From assembly GCA_033582715.1 (NCBI GenBank), contig JAVQZZ010000001.1, positions 206,716 through 270,715 of the forward strand: a stretch of 64,000 nt of DNA, read 5' to 3'. The position numbers were made by a program, and so were the translations under genes. The notes beneath the pieces are model-generated. The model had not been told where the DNA came from, made no database searches, and worked only from the letters and a program-made list of their open reading frames with translations. Origin of the DNA: Lysobacterales bacterium (GTDB lineage: Bacteria; Pseudomonadota; Gammaproteobacteria; Xanthomonadales; BPKI01). Every line of letters starts with the position of its first letter. Positions within the stretch are counted from its first letter, which is position 1. Of this stretch, positions 1-9,658 are shown in pieces.

Positions 1-463
1 CGGCGCTTCGAGCAGGAGAGCCTCGCCGCGCTCCGGCGGCGCTGCTTCGGCTTCGTCTTCCAGCACTACCATCTCTTCCCCGCCCTCTCGGCCTGGGAGA
101 ACGTCGGCATGGCGCTCTGGCTCCGGGGCTTTCGCGGGGCGCGGCTGCGTCGCGAGGCGCTCGCGCTCCTGGATCGGGTGGGGCTTGCCGGGCGCGCCCA
201 CCACCGCCCCGACCAGCTCTCGGGAGGGCAGAAGCAGCGCGTCGCGGTGGCCCGTGCGCTCGCCGGGGATCCCCCGATCCTGCTCGCCGACGAGCCGACC
301 GCCGCGCTGGACGGCGCCACCGGCCACGGCATCGCCGAGCTGCTGCGCGAGCATCGCCCACCAGGGCCGCACCGTCCTCGTGGTCACCCACGATCCGCGC
401 ATGCTCGACGTGGGAGACCGCATCCTGCGCCTCGAGGACGGCCACCTCGCGGAGCCCGCATGA
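1..463 (+). CDS. ABC transporter ATP-binding subunit (MacB/LolD/DevA-like), 5' end outside window; frame shifts near ~352
   Basis: Signature [15 protein letters not shown], Walker [13 protein letters not shown] and H-loop VVTHD are present. The N-part is in frame 1 and the C-part ([31 protein letters not shown]) is in frame 2. Stop TGA at 461-463. Confidence 0.85.
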   Translation, partial: GASSRRASPRSGGAASASSSSTTISSPPSRPGRTSAWRSGSGAFAGRGCVARRSRSWIGWGLPGAPTTAPTSSREGRSSASRWPVRSPGIPRSCSPTSRPPRWTAPPATASPSCCASIAHQGRTVLVVTHDPRMLDVGDRILRLEDGHLAEPA

Positions 464-464
464 C

Positions 465-1425
465 ATGACCTGCCTCCCCCTGCTCCTGGCCCTGCTGCCG
501 CTTCAGAGCGCCCGCCGTGATCCACGCCGGCGGGGTGGTCGAGCCCGCCGGCGAGGAGCGCCTGATCGTGGTCGCGGAGAGCGCGGGCCGCATCGCCCGC
601 ATCCATGTCGCCGAGGGCGATCCGGTGAGGAAGGGCCAACTGATTGCCGAGATCGCGGCCGACGACCTGAAGGCCCGCGTGCTCGCCGCCGAGCGGCAGA
701 TCGAGGTGCTTCAGGCCGAGCGGGCGCTGCTCCTCGCCGGGGCCCGCCCCGAGGAGCGCGCCCTGGCCCGCGCCCGCTTCGAGGCCGCCGCGGCGCTCGC
801 AAGGCGCACCGAGAGCGCCTCCCGGCGCGCCGAGGCCCTGGGCTCGAGGGGCCTGCTCGCCGAGGACCAGCGCGAGTCGCTTGCCCGCGAGGCCGAGGCG
901 GCCGCCGCCGAGGCCCGCGCCGCCGCCGCGGCCCTCGCCCTCGCCGAGGCGGGGCCGCGCCCGGAGCAGCTCGCGCTGCTTGCGGCCCGCATCCGCCTCG
1001 CCGAGGCGGAGCTCGAAGCGGCGCGGGCGGCGCTCGCCAAGACCCGGATCGAGAGCCCCCTCGATGGCACCGTGCTCAGGCTGCTGCTCCGCGAGGGCGA
1101 GCTGGTCGCCCCGCTCGACCCCAAGCCGGTGGCGAGCCTCGGCGATCTCTCCCGGCGCTACGTGCGCGCCGAGGTGGACGAGCTCGACGTCGCGAGGCTC
1201 CGCGCCGGGCTTCGCGCCGAGGTGCGCAGCGAAGCCTTTCCCGGCCGAACCTACCGCGGCGAGGTGGAGCGGGTCGGGCTGCGCATGGGCCGGCGCCTGC
1301 TGCGCTCGGACGATCCGGTCGAACGCCGCGACGCGAGGGTGCTCGAGGCCCTGATCCGCCTCGAGGAGGCCACCGAGCTCCCGATCGGCCTGCGGGTGGA
1401 CGTCACCATCTACCCCGCGCCCTGA
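465..1425 (+). CDS. HlyD/DevB-family periplasmic adaptor (membrane fusion) protein; probable indel near 505-515
   Basis: DevB-like [16 protein letters not shown], then [19 protein letters not shown], a long Ala/Glu/Arg coiled coil, and [11 protein letters not shown] 465 lies 1 nt after the ABC stop and encodes a hydrophobic anchor [13 protein letters not shown], but the body reads from GTG 517 in another frame. Confidence 0.8.
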
Positions 1426-2064
1426 GGGAGGGCCGACTTGCCCCGCCGCCCGCGCCAAGGCACGTAGAAGCGCTGGATCCGGCGGAGATCCGCGTCGAGA
1501 TCGTCACCCACGTGATAGAGCGGGCCGACCACGATGCGCCGCTCGGGGTAGTGGAAGGCGACGAGGAGGAGCGGGACGCGGGCGGCGCGGGCGATGTGCC
1601 AGAAGCCGGTCTTCCAGCGCGCGACCGGGCGCCGCGTCCCCTCCGGCGCGATCGCCAGCCACAGGCGTTCCCGCTCGGCGAAGATGCGCGCCACCTGCGC
1701 GACCGCCCCGTGCGCGACGACTGCGGTCCACGGGGATGCCGCCCGCGGCGCGCAGCACGCGGATTGAGCGGTCCGCGGAACAGGACTATGCTTGCCGAGC
1801 CAGTGGGCGCGGAGTGCGCAGGGCAAGAGCCGCCCCGATGCCCCCCACGCCATCCCACAGCGAACTGTGCGGCGCGGCGAGGATGATCAGCTTCGGCAGG
1901 TCGGGTAGCGTCCCGCTCACCCGCCACCCGGCGAGGCGCAGCAGGGCGCGGGCCAGGGGCGCGGGCAGGCGCGCCCGCAGCCGCGGCACGCGCTGCCCGA
2001 CCTCCGGTAGGAACTCGCCCATCCCCTCGAAGAAAGCCGGCCCGCCAAGGCGGGCCGGCAGCAT
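1410..2064 (-). CDS. PlsC-family 1-acyl-sn-glycerol-3-phosphate acyltransferase-like protein; several frameshifts between ~1700 and ~1850
   Basis: The H(X)4D motif AAPHSSLWDG is in ORF 1786-2064. GGIPVDRS is in a third frame (ORF 1504-1758). IAPEGTRRPVARWKTGFWHIARAARVPLLLV is in ORF 1410-1853. Confidence 0.75.
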
Positions 2065-2082
2065 AACGCAGCGCGCGGAGAC

Positions 2083-2490
2083 TCAGCGACCCCGACAGCC
2101 CGGGCCGCCCTCCCACTCGAGCTTGACCACGAGCGGGTTCGGCTTGAGCTCCTTGGTGGCCCCGCTCGCGGCGTCCACGCCGGCGCCGATGATGCCGCCG
2201 ACGATGACGTTGCCGGCCATGCCGGCCGCGCCCGCGCCCGAGACCTGGCTGATCACCTGGGTCTGGACGCTGCGGTAGCAGGCCTTGCGGATGGTCACCA
2301 GGAAGGCGTCCTTGCGCTTCTTCTGCAGGGTGCAGGGCGAGAGGCAGCGCTCCCCGCTGGAAAGCTCGATCTCCGCTCCGGGCGGATCGGTCTCCACGGT
2401 CCAGGCCTCGGTGGTGCCGCGGGTGATCGTGGCGCAAGCCGAACAGGCGAGCGCGAGGATGATGAGCAGTGACGGACGGAACATGGGCAA
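2083..2490 (-). CDS. small lipoprotein, function unknown
   Basis: Intact ORF with signal peptide plus lipobox (LLIILALACSAC) and a Gly/Ala-rich C-terminal hydrophobic stretch (GAGAAGMAGNVIVGGIIGAGVDAASG). Confidence 0.6.
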   Translation of the reverse strand: MPMFRPSLLIILALACSACATITRGTTEAWTVETDPPGAEIELSSGERCLSPCTLQKKRKDAFLVTIRKACYRSVQTQVISQVSGAGAAGMAGNVIVGGIIGAGVDAASGATKELKPNPLVVKLEWEGGPGCRGR

Positions 2491-2631
2491 TCTCCCCTAG
2501 ATTTGGTTGGAACGACTCTCGATCGGGCCGCGCCCGCCGCGCGGGGCGGACGCCGGCGGGAGGGAAGTGTTTCGCGGCGAGGCCCACCGCTTCCTGAACC
2601 GCGGCTGCGGGAACGGCTCCGCGCCATGCCT

Positions 2632-2669
2632 TTCAGGCGCCCTTCAGAACTCCTTCAGTGCCGCTTCAG
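2632..2669. repeat. four direct TTCAG pentamers with exact 11-bp phasing in a divergent promoter region
   Basis: TTCAG occurs at 2632, 2643, 2654 and 2665 (tTTCAGgcgcc CTTCAGaactc CTTCAGtgccg CTTCAGcgcc). The array lies between the lipoprotein start (2490, minus) and the methyltransferase start (2726, plus). The period is not a multiple of 3. Confidence 0.6.
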
Positions 2670-2725
2670 CGCCGGGGTGCGGGGGGAGCCGCTACACTCG
2701 ACGACCTCCCTCCCGCCCCTGCCCC

Positions 2726-3883
2726 ATGCCCTGCTGGCAGCTCGCCGCCGCCGACGGCCTCGCCTGGGAACTCGAGGTCACCGCACCGGTGCTGTTCGAG
2801 ATCGGCGGCACGGTCGCCTGGCTCGCCCCGGACGGCGGCGTGCGCGAGCAGGCGAGCCTCGCCGAGCTCGGCGGCTGGCTCGCCTGGCTGCCCCGCGGGC
2901 GCTATCGCCTCGAGCTCCGGCCGCGGCCGGGCTGGCACGAGGGGTCGGTGGGGCTCCGCCTCGAGGCCCGCGACGGGCGGGAGTGGATTGCGATCGAGGC
3001 CCCGCCGCGGCCGCTCCCCGGCCCGCCCGGCAGCGCGCCCGCCGCGCTCTGGTCGGGAGAGCCCGACCCGCTCGCGCTGCCCCATCGCCGCGGCCTCGCC
3101 GACTGGTTCCACCGCCACTTCGACCACGCCGCCCTCACCATCGGCGAGTACCTGCTCAAGGACGCACCCGGCGCTGCGTGGCCGGATCCTCGACCTCGGC
3201 TGCGGGGATGGCATCACCGATCTCGGCCTCGCGCTGCGCTGGCGCCCCGAGCTCCTCGTCGGCATCGACCCCTTCGGCGGCTTCGAGCGCCTGCCGCGGA
3301 TCGCCGCCGAGCGCGGCCTCGCCCTCGAGCGCTGGCCGGAGGGGCTCGCCTTCCTGCGCGCCGACGGCAACTTCCTGCCCTTCGCCGACGACGCCTTCGA
3401 CGTCGTCATCTCCTGGGGCTCGCTCGAGCACATCGCCGGCGGCTACCTCCAGGCCCTCGCCGAGGTGCGGCGGGTGCTCCGGCCCGACGGGCTGTTCTTC
3501 GCCCATCCGGGGCTCTACTACTCGAACTTCGGCCATCACCTCGGGGAGTTCAGCGACGAGCCCTTCGTCCACCTGCGGCGCCCGCGCGAGGAGCTGCGAG
3601 GGCACTCGTGCTCTCCACCCCGCCGCGCTACATCGACCGCGCCGGGGTGTTCTCGCCGCCCGAGCAGTATTGGCGCTGGTTCACCGAGCTCAATCCGATC
3701 ACCGTGCGGGGCTTCGAGGCCGAGCTCAGGGCGCTCGGCTTCGAGCCGTGGCGGGTGGCGCTGCGTACGGAGCCCGTGATCGAGTACACCCCGGAGCTGC
3801 TCCGCTACCCGATGGAGGATCTCGCGACCCTCGAGCTCTACGTCGCCTGCCTCAACCGCAAGCGCCGCCCGCCGGGAGGATGA
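2726..3883 (+). CDS. class I SAM-dependent methyltransferase with N-terminal extension; frame 2->3->2 (shifts ~3170 and ~3600)
   Basis: Motif I ILDLGCGDG and FDVVISWGSLEHI / LRPDGLFF are in frame 3. The N-part (MPCWQLAAADGLAWELEV...) and C-part (PPRYIDRAGVFSPPEQYWRWFTELNPITVRGFEAEL) are in frame 2. Confidence 0.7.
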   Translation: MPCWQLAAADGLAWELEVTAPVLFEIGGTVAWLAPDGGVREQASLAELGGWLAWLPRGRYRLELRPRPGWHEGSVGLRLEARDGREWIAIEAPPRPLPGPPGSAPAALWSGEPDPLALPHRRGLADWFHRHFDHAALTIGEYLLKDAPGAAWPDPRPRLRGWHHRSRPRAALAPRAPRRHRPLRRLRAPAADRRRARPRPRALAGGARLPARRRQLPALRRRRLRRRHLLGLARAHRRRLPPGPRRGAAGAPARRAVLRPSGALLLELRPSPRGVQRRALRPPAAPARGAARALVLSTPPRYIDRAGVFSPPEQYWRWFTELNPITVRGFEAELRALGFEPWRVALRTEPVIEYTPELLRYPMEDLATLELYVACLNRKRRPPGG

Positions 3884-4739
3884 TCCAGGCATCCTGCGCG
3901 AGCCAGAAGGCGCGGGGCAGATGCTCGATCCGCGCGCCGGGGAAGGCCCGGTCGAGCAGCGCCCGCACCGCCTCGGCGCGGGCGAAGGTGGTGCCGTAGT
4001 CCTCGGGATCGAGCGCCCGTGACTCGCTGCTCGCGAGGAACACGAAGGGTTCCCCGGAGCGGAGGCCGTACTCGGCCATCGCCGCCTCGCCGTGGGTGGT
4101 GAACAGCAGCACGCCGTCGGCGGCCAGCGCCCGGCCGAGGGCGGCGAGCCACGCTTCCCAGCGCGCCGGCGGCAGATGGGTGAAGAAGGAGAGCGCGAAG
4201 ACCAGCTCGTAGCGCCCGCCGGGATCGAGGCCGGCGGGGTCGCGGCTCGAGGGCAGGGCGCGCACCCCGAGCGTCCCTTCGAGGAACCGCAGCGCCGCGG
4301 GCAGCAGCTCCATCGCCGTCAGACGTTCGCCGAGCAGCGGCGCGAGGTGGCGGCTGAGGCGGCCGAAGCCGGCGGCGAACTCGAGCACCGAGCGCAGCCC
4401 GAGCAGCGGCCGGCCGAGGCGCTCGAGCGGCACCATGAGCTCGACCAGCGAGCGCCAGCCATCGGCGAGGTAGGCGCGGATCGGATCGCGGCAGCCGGGA
4501 TCGGCGGCGAAGAAGCGGAAGATGTCGTCCTCCGGGTGGATCGCGCACTCGATCCGCATCCAGCGGCGATAGCTGCTCAGGGGATCGATGCGCTCGCGCA
4601 GGTTGTGGGCGCCGAGATGGGCGGGATCGCGCGCCAGGGCCTCGCGCAGCAGGGCGCGCGCCTGGTCGGGCTCGCGCCCGGCCAGCCTCTCGGCCTCGGC
4701 GACCAGCCGGGCGAGCGTCTCGTCCTGCGGCAGGGACAT
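3852..4739 (-). CDS. class I SAM-dependent methyltransferase (intact)
   Basis: 295-aa ORF with SVLEFAAGFGRLSRHL (motif I-like) and YELVFALSFFTHL / LAADGVLLFTTHG. Its 3' end overlaps the convergent methyltransferase by 32 bp. Confidence 0.7.
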   Translation of the reverse strand: MSLPQDETLARLVAEAERLAGREPDQARALLREALARDPAHLGAHNLRERIDPLSSYRRWMRIECAIHPEDDIFRFFAADPGCRDPIRAYLADGWRSLVELMVPLERLGRPLLGLRSVLEFAAGFGRLSRHLAPLLGERLTAMELLPAALRFLEGTLGVRALPSSRDPAGLDPGGRYELVFALSFFTHLPPARWEAWLAALGRALAADGVLLFTTHGEAAMAEYGLRSGEPFVFLASSESRALDPEDYGTTFARAEAVRALLDRAFPGARIEHLPRAFWLAQDAWIILPAGGACG

Positions 4740-4769
4740 GGGCGCGGATTGTAGGCCGGAGGATGGCGC

Positions 4770-5480
4770 TCAGGCCCCGGGAAGCGCGATCCCGAGGGCC
4801 TCGGCGAGCCGCGCGAAGTCCTCGTCCGGCGGCGCCCGCAGCCGCAGCGCGGCGCCGCTCGCGGGATGCCGGAAGCCGAGCTCGAGGGCGTGCAGCATCA
4901 GGCGGCGGATGCCGAAGCGCGCGCGCAGCAGACGGTTGTGGCGGGCATCGCCGTGGCTGCCGTCGCCGAGCACGGGATGGGCAGCGCGCCGGAAGTGGCG
5001 GCGGATCTGGTGGTAGCGACCGGTCTCGGGAAGGGCCTCGACCAGGGACCAGCGCGTGGTGGGATGAGGGGGGGTCGGGAGCCCGAGCTCGATCCGCGCC
5101 AGCTCGCGGTAGCCGGTCGCCGCCGGCTTGAGGCCGCGGCCGGGCACCTCGAGCGCGCCCTCGATCCGCCCCTCGGGCGGCTCGAACCAGCCGCGCACGA
5201 AGGCGAGATAGCGCTTCTCGACGGCGCCCGCCGCGAACTGGCGGCCGAGCGCCGCGGCCAGATCGCGATCGAAGGCCGCGAGCAGCACCCCCGAGGTGGC
5301 GCGGTCGAGTCGGTGGACGAGGTAGACGCGGCGCCCGAGCTGCTCGCGCAGCCGCCTGAGCAGCACGTCCTCCTCGCCGGGGGCGATCGGGCTGCGGTGG
5401 GCGAGCAGGCCGGCGGGCTTGTCCACCGCCACCAGCCAGGCATCGAGATGGAGCAGCCGCAGCGGCGCCCCGCTCAGCAT
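4770..5480 (-). CDS. truC: tRNA pseudouridine synthase C (RluA/TruC family)
   Basis: LRLLHLDAWLVAVDKPAGLLAHRS, catalytic HRLDRATSGVLL, and GRYHQIRRHF. Internal ATG chosen at 5480 (MLSGAPL...). Confidence 0.8.
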   Translation of the reverse strand: MLSGAPLRLLHLDAWLVAVDKPAGLLAHRSPIAPGEEDVLLRRLREQLGRRVYLVHRLDRATSGVLLAAFDRDLAAALGRQFAAGAVEKRYLAFVRGWFEPPEGRIEGALEVPGRGLKPAATGYRELARIELGLPTPPHPTTRWSLVEALPETGRYHQIRRHFRRAAHPVLGDGSHGDARHNRLLRARFGIRRLMLHALELGFRHPASGAALRLRAPPDEDFARLAEALGIALPGA

Positions 5481-6289
5481 TCGAAGCCGTCGTCGTGGAG
5501 GCTCGGGCGGCCCGGAGCGTCCCGCCGCCAGCGCGGCAGGCAGCCCGGATTCACCCGCCGCTCGCCGTCCTGGACCCCGGCGCGGTCGCGCAGCGTCGTC
5601 CCCGCGCCCTCGTCGCAGCGCGAAGAGCCCCACGGCGTGGGCATCGGCGGCGAGGGGAGGGAACGGCGGACTGAAGGCGGCGTGGTAGCGGGCGACGGTC
5701 GGAGAGCCGTGAGCTCCGCCACCCGGCCGGCGAAGGAGGGATAGCTCGGCCCGGCGTCGTGCTTCTCCGCGCCGATCACCAGGAAGGGATCCCAGGGCCA
5801 GGAGCTCGGCCGCCCCAGGCGGTAGGAGACGTCGCCCACCGGCCCGGCGACGCTGCCCTCGAGCACACCGTCGACGAAGATCCTGAGGGTGCCGTCGGCC
5901 GCCCGCACCAGCGCCAGGTGATGCCAGAGCCCATCGCGCAGATCGCTGCTGCCGCAGGCGGTCGCCCCGCTCGCCCCGAGGTTGACCCCGAAGGCCACCC
6001 GCCCCTGCATCAGGCTCGCGCCGAAGTCGCCGAAGTCCCCCGGACCGTAGACGTCGCGGTCGAGCAGGACATGGCCGTGAATCCAGGCGTCGGCCGCGGC
6101 TCCGCAGGGCGGGGCGAGGAGATTGCTCCCCGGCGCCACCCGCACGAAGAGCTCGAGGGTGAAGGCGCCGGCGCCGAGGTTGTTCCCCGCCACCAGCGGG
6201 ATCGCCGCGCGGTCCAGGGTGGGACTCGCCACGCCGCTGCCGCCGAACTCGAGGGCCGCGGGCAGGGCGAGGAGGAGCAGCCAGCGCAT
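5474..6289 (-). CDS. secreted LamG (concanavalin-A-like lectin/glucanase) domain protein; ~80-nt out-of-frame island (~5625-5705)
   Basis: Signal peptide MRWLLLLALPAALE, then FTLELFVRV, GLWHHLALVRAADGTLRIFVDGV and SFAGRVAEL. The expected VARYHAAFSPPFPPLAADAHAVGLF segment is in the +1 frame, then reading returns to CDEGAGTTLRD. Confidence 0.7.
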   Translation of the reverse strand: MRWLLLLALPAALEFGGSGVASPTLDRAAIPLVAGNNLGAGAFTLELFVRVAPGSNLLAPPCGAAADAWIHGHVLLDRDVYGPGDFGDFGASLMQGRVAFGVNLGASGATACGSSDLRDGLWHHLALVRAADGTLRIFVDGVLEGSVAGPVGDVSYRLGRPSSWPWDPFLVIGAEKHDAGPSYPSFAGRVAELTALRPSPATTPPSVRRSLPSPPMPTPWGSSRCDEGAGTTLRDRAGVQDGERRVNPGCLPRWRRDAPGRPSLHDDGFEC

Positions 6290-6312
6290 GGGCCGGATTC
6301 TAGCGCCGGGCC

Positions 6313-7924
6313 TCAGCCGCGCAGCCCCACCCAGGCCAGCGCCGCCGCGCCGGCGAGCGCGAGCCAGCGCAGCGGCTCCTCCCCCGTCCGGTGCGAGCAG
6401 CGCGCCCGCCGCGAGCAGCGCCGAGAGCAGCGCGAGGGCCAGGCGCTCGCGCCGCGCGCGGCCGGCGAGCAGCCGGCGATCCTCCGCGCCGAGCTGCACC
6501 GTCAGCCGCCCCTCGCGCAGGCGCTGGAGCAGCTCGGCGGCGTCGCCGAGCAGCCGCGGCGCCCGGAGCAGGCTTCGCGGCACCCCGAGATCGCGCAGCG
6601 CGAAGGCGAGGCGGTGGCGCTCGCGCAGCGTCTGCTCCAGCACCGGCCTGCGCCACCGCCCAGATGTCGATCTCCGGGTCGAGCAGACGGCCGAGGCCCT
6701 CGATGTTGAGCAGGGTCTTCTGCAGCAGGATCAGCTGCGGCTGGAGGATCAGCTCGAAGCGCTGCGCGGTGCGCAGCAGCTTGACCACCACCTCGGCCAC
6801 CGAGATCTGCGCCAGCGGACGGGTGAAGTAGGGCTCGCAGACCGCGCGCACCGCCGCCTCGAGCTCGTCGACGCGCGTCGGCGAGGGGATCCAGCCGGCC
6901 TCGAGGTGAAGCTCGGCGATGCGCGCCCAGTCGCGGCTGAACAGGGCGAGGAAGTTCTCGGCGAGGTAGTAGCGGTCGCTCTCCGGCAGCGAGCCGACGA
7001 TGCCGAAGTCGAGCGCGATGAAGCGCGGCTCGGCCGCCGAGCCGGGGTCGACCCACACGTTTCCCGGATGGGCATCGGCATGGAACAGGTTGTCGCGGAA
7101 GACCTGGGTGTAGAACAGCCGCACCCCCTTGGCGGCGAGCTTGCGCCGGTCGATGCCCGCGGCATCGAGCGCGGCGACGTCGTCGACCGGGATCCCGCGC
7201 ACCCGCTCGAGGGTGAGCACCCGCTCCGCCGAGAGCTCCCAGTAGACCCGCGGCACGTAGAGGTCGGGAGAGCCCTCGAAGTTGCGGCGCAGCGCGCTCG
7301 CGTTCGCCCCCTCGCGGGCGAGGTCGAGCTCGTTCTCCAGGGTCGTGGCGATCTCGCGCCACAGCTCGAGCGGACGGATGCGCGCGGCCCGGGGATGGCG
7401 GCGCTCGGCGAGGGCGGCGAGCCAGCGCAGCAGCGCGAGGTCGCGCGCCACCGCCCGCTCGATTCCCGGGCGCAGCACCTTGACCACCACCTCGCGCCCG
7501 TCGGCGAGGCGCGCCGCATGCACCTGGGCGAGCGAGGCGCTGGCCAGCGGCTCGTCCTCGAAGGCGGCGAAGAGCTCCCCGACCGGCCGGCCCAGCGCGC
7601 GCTCGATCTCGGCCCGGGCGAGCGCGGCGGGGAAGGGCGCGACCCGGTCGCGCAGCCGCGCCAGCTCCTCGGCGACCTCGGGCGGCAGCAGGTCGCGCCG
7701 GGTCGAGAGGATCTGCCCGGCCTTGACGAAGATCGGCCCCATGGCCTCGAGCGCGAGCCGCAGCCGGGCGCCCGCCGGCGTGCCCGGTGGCACCGCCGCC
7801 CGCCGCGGCAGGAGCCGCGAGAGCAGGGCGAGGGGGCGCGGCAGCAGCGGCCGCGCCAGCTCGTCCAGCCGGTAGCGCAGCAGCAGCCCGCAGGATCCGG
7901 AGCAGGGCGCGGGAGGGGCCGCAT
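6313..7924 (-). CDS. ubiB: ubiquinone biosynthesis regulatory kinase UbiB; frameshifts near the 5' end (~7880-7910), ~6650 and ~6390
   Basis: [56 protein letters not shown] and ALDFGIVG. The C-terminal TM helix [22 protein letters not shown] is only in a third frame, ending at TGA 6313-6315. Confidence 0.85.
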
Positions 7925-8554
7925 CAGGGCGCTTCGCCGCGCCCTCGAGCGTGGCGGCGATCCGGCCGAGCCGCGCCTCGAGCCGCTCCACCGCGTCGCG
8001 CAGGGCGGCGATCTCCTCGTAGAAGGCCTCGACCTCGGGCCGCGGGACCGCCACGCCCTCGGGATCGAAGACCGCCTCCCGCAGATCCTCGCCGATCGCC
8101 CGCATCTGGCGCCCGGCCTCGGCCAGGCCCTCGCGCAGGCGGCGCGCGAGGCGGTGGGCGAGGACGTCGCCGAGGACCGCGGCGAGCGGCGCCTCGAGCT
8201 CGGGCTCGAACTCGGCGATCCAGCGCTCGAGCCGGCGGGCGAGCTCGAGATCGCCGCGGATCTCGATGCGGCCGACGCCGCCCTCCTCGCCGAGCAGGCG
8301 CCGGAGCAGGGCGCCGGGGCTGGCGCGGAGCGCGAGGTCGCCGTCTCCGGCGCCCGGCGCGACCCGCAGACCGTTCGTCCCCCACCGTGAGCCGCAGCCG
8401 CAGCCCCGGCGGCACGAGCTCGAGCTCGAGGCTGCGGCCGCGGAACGCCGGCGAGGGCCTCGGCGGCCGCGGGATCGAGGGCGAGCAGGCCGCCGCAGCG
8501 CCCGCTCGAGCGCGCGCCGGAGAGCAGCATCGCCAGGGGCTCGGCCGAGCTCAT
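7924..8554 (-). CDS. ubiJ: ubiquinone biosynthesis accessory factor UbiJ (SCP2 domain); multiple frameshifts
   Basis: The pieces [15 protein letters not shown] / [18 protein letters not shown] / [34 protein letters not shown] / [21 protein letters not shown] are spread over three frames. A TGATG stop/start junction with ubiB lies at 7922-7926. Confidence 0.7.
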
Positions 8555-8592
8555 GGCGGCATTCTAGCCGCCGCCCGGGGCCCGACCGCGGC

Positions 8593-9591
8593 TCACTGCG
8601 GGTGGTAGAGCAGCCAGCGCGCGAGCTGCTCGAGGCCCTCGCGGGTGCGGATCTCCGGCTCGTAGCCGAGGTCGCGGCGGGTGGCCTCGATCTGGAACCA
8701 GTGCGCCGAGGCGAGCTGGGAGACGATGAAGCGGGTGAGCGGAGGCTCGCCCTTCAGCCGCAGACCGCGCCCAGAGGAGCTCGGTCAGGCCGCGGCCAGC
8801 GCATAGCCCGCCGCGTAGGGCAGCCGCCGCTCCACGGTCGGAGCGCGGGCCGCGCGCAGCAGGGCATTCAGGAACTCGCCGATCTCCATCGGCTCGCCCT
8901 GGGTGACGAAGTAGGCGCGACCGGCGATCGGCGATCCCGGCTCCAGCCGCTCCAGCGCCAGCACGTGAGCGAGCGCCGCGTTCTCGACGTGGACGTGGTC
9001 GACGCGCTTGCCGGGCGGTCCGATCAGCCACAGGCGTCCCTTTCGGGCGCGCTCCACCAGACGGGGCAGCAGGTTGGGATCGCCGGGCCCCCAGACCAGG
9101 TGCGGGCGCAGCGCCACGGTGGCGAGCTCGGGGCCGTTCGCGCGCAGCACCCGGCGCTCGGCGATCGCCTTGGTCGCCGGATAGTGGGCGCGGAAGCGGG
9201 TGGCGTAGGGCAGGGTCTCGCGCCCGGCGTTGATGTCCTCGCCGCCGTGGACCACGGTCGCGCTCGAGGTGTAGACCAGCCGCCGGATGCCGTGCACGGT
9301 GCAGCCGGCGAGCACGTGGTCGGTGCCGAGCACGTTCGCCTGGTAGAAGTCCCACAGCCGTCCCCAGGGACCGACCATGGCCGCGGCGTGGATCACCGCG
9401 TCGAAGCCCTCCATGGCGTCGACCACGGCATCGAAGACCGTGATGTCGGCCTCGATCTGGGCCACGCCGAGGCGCTCCAGCGCCTCGCTGCGCCGGCGCG
9501 CGAGACTCGTGACCTCGTCGCCGCGCGCGACCAGCCGCCGGCAGATCGCCTGCCCGAGGAAGCCGCTGCCGCCGGTGACCAGGATCTTCAT
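8593..9591 (-). CDS. NAD-dependent epimerase/dehydratase (3-beta-hydroxysteroid dehydrogenase-like); compensated frameshift pair ~8750-8790
   Basis: [16 protein letters not shown] Rossmann motif and a YPATK active-site motif. The ORF stops at TGA 8785, but the same frame resumes with [37 protein letters not shown] and ends at TGA 8593-8595. Confidence 0.75.
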
Positions 9592-9610
9592 GCGCCCCTC
9601 GCTGCGATCG

Positions 9611-9632
9611 GCGGCGGCCGCCGGGCCGCCGC
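9611..9632 (-). terminator. perfect 9-bp GC stem / 4-nt loop hairpin 27 nt downstream of the mnmE stop (no U-tract)
   Basis: GCGGCGGCC-gccg-GGCCGCCGC read directly. No T-run follows, so intrinsic termination is uncertain. Confidence 0.3.
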
Positions 9633-9658
9633 GGGAAATGTAGCATCCCGCCGCCGCC

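Noticed and set aside
6123-8390. 755-aa plus-strand ORF antisense to ubiB/ubiJ, and similar long antisense ORFs (e.g. 19703-22252, 26771-29068, 51934-54456, 47046-49541)
   Set aside because: All are opposite or off-frame to genes with strong motif support and translate to low-complexity Arg/Gly/Pro/Glu strings. This is the expected by-product of high GC.
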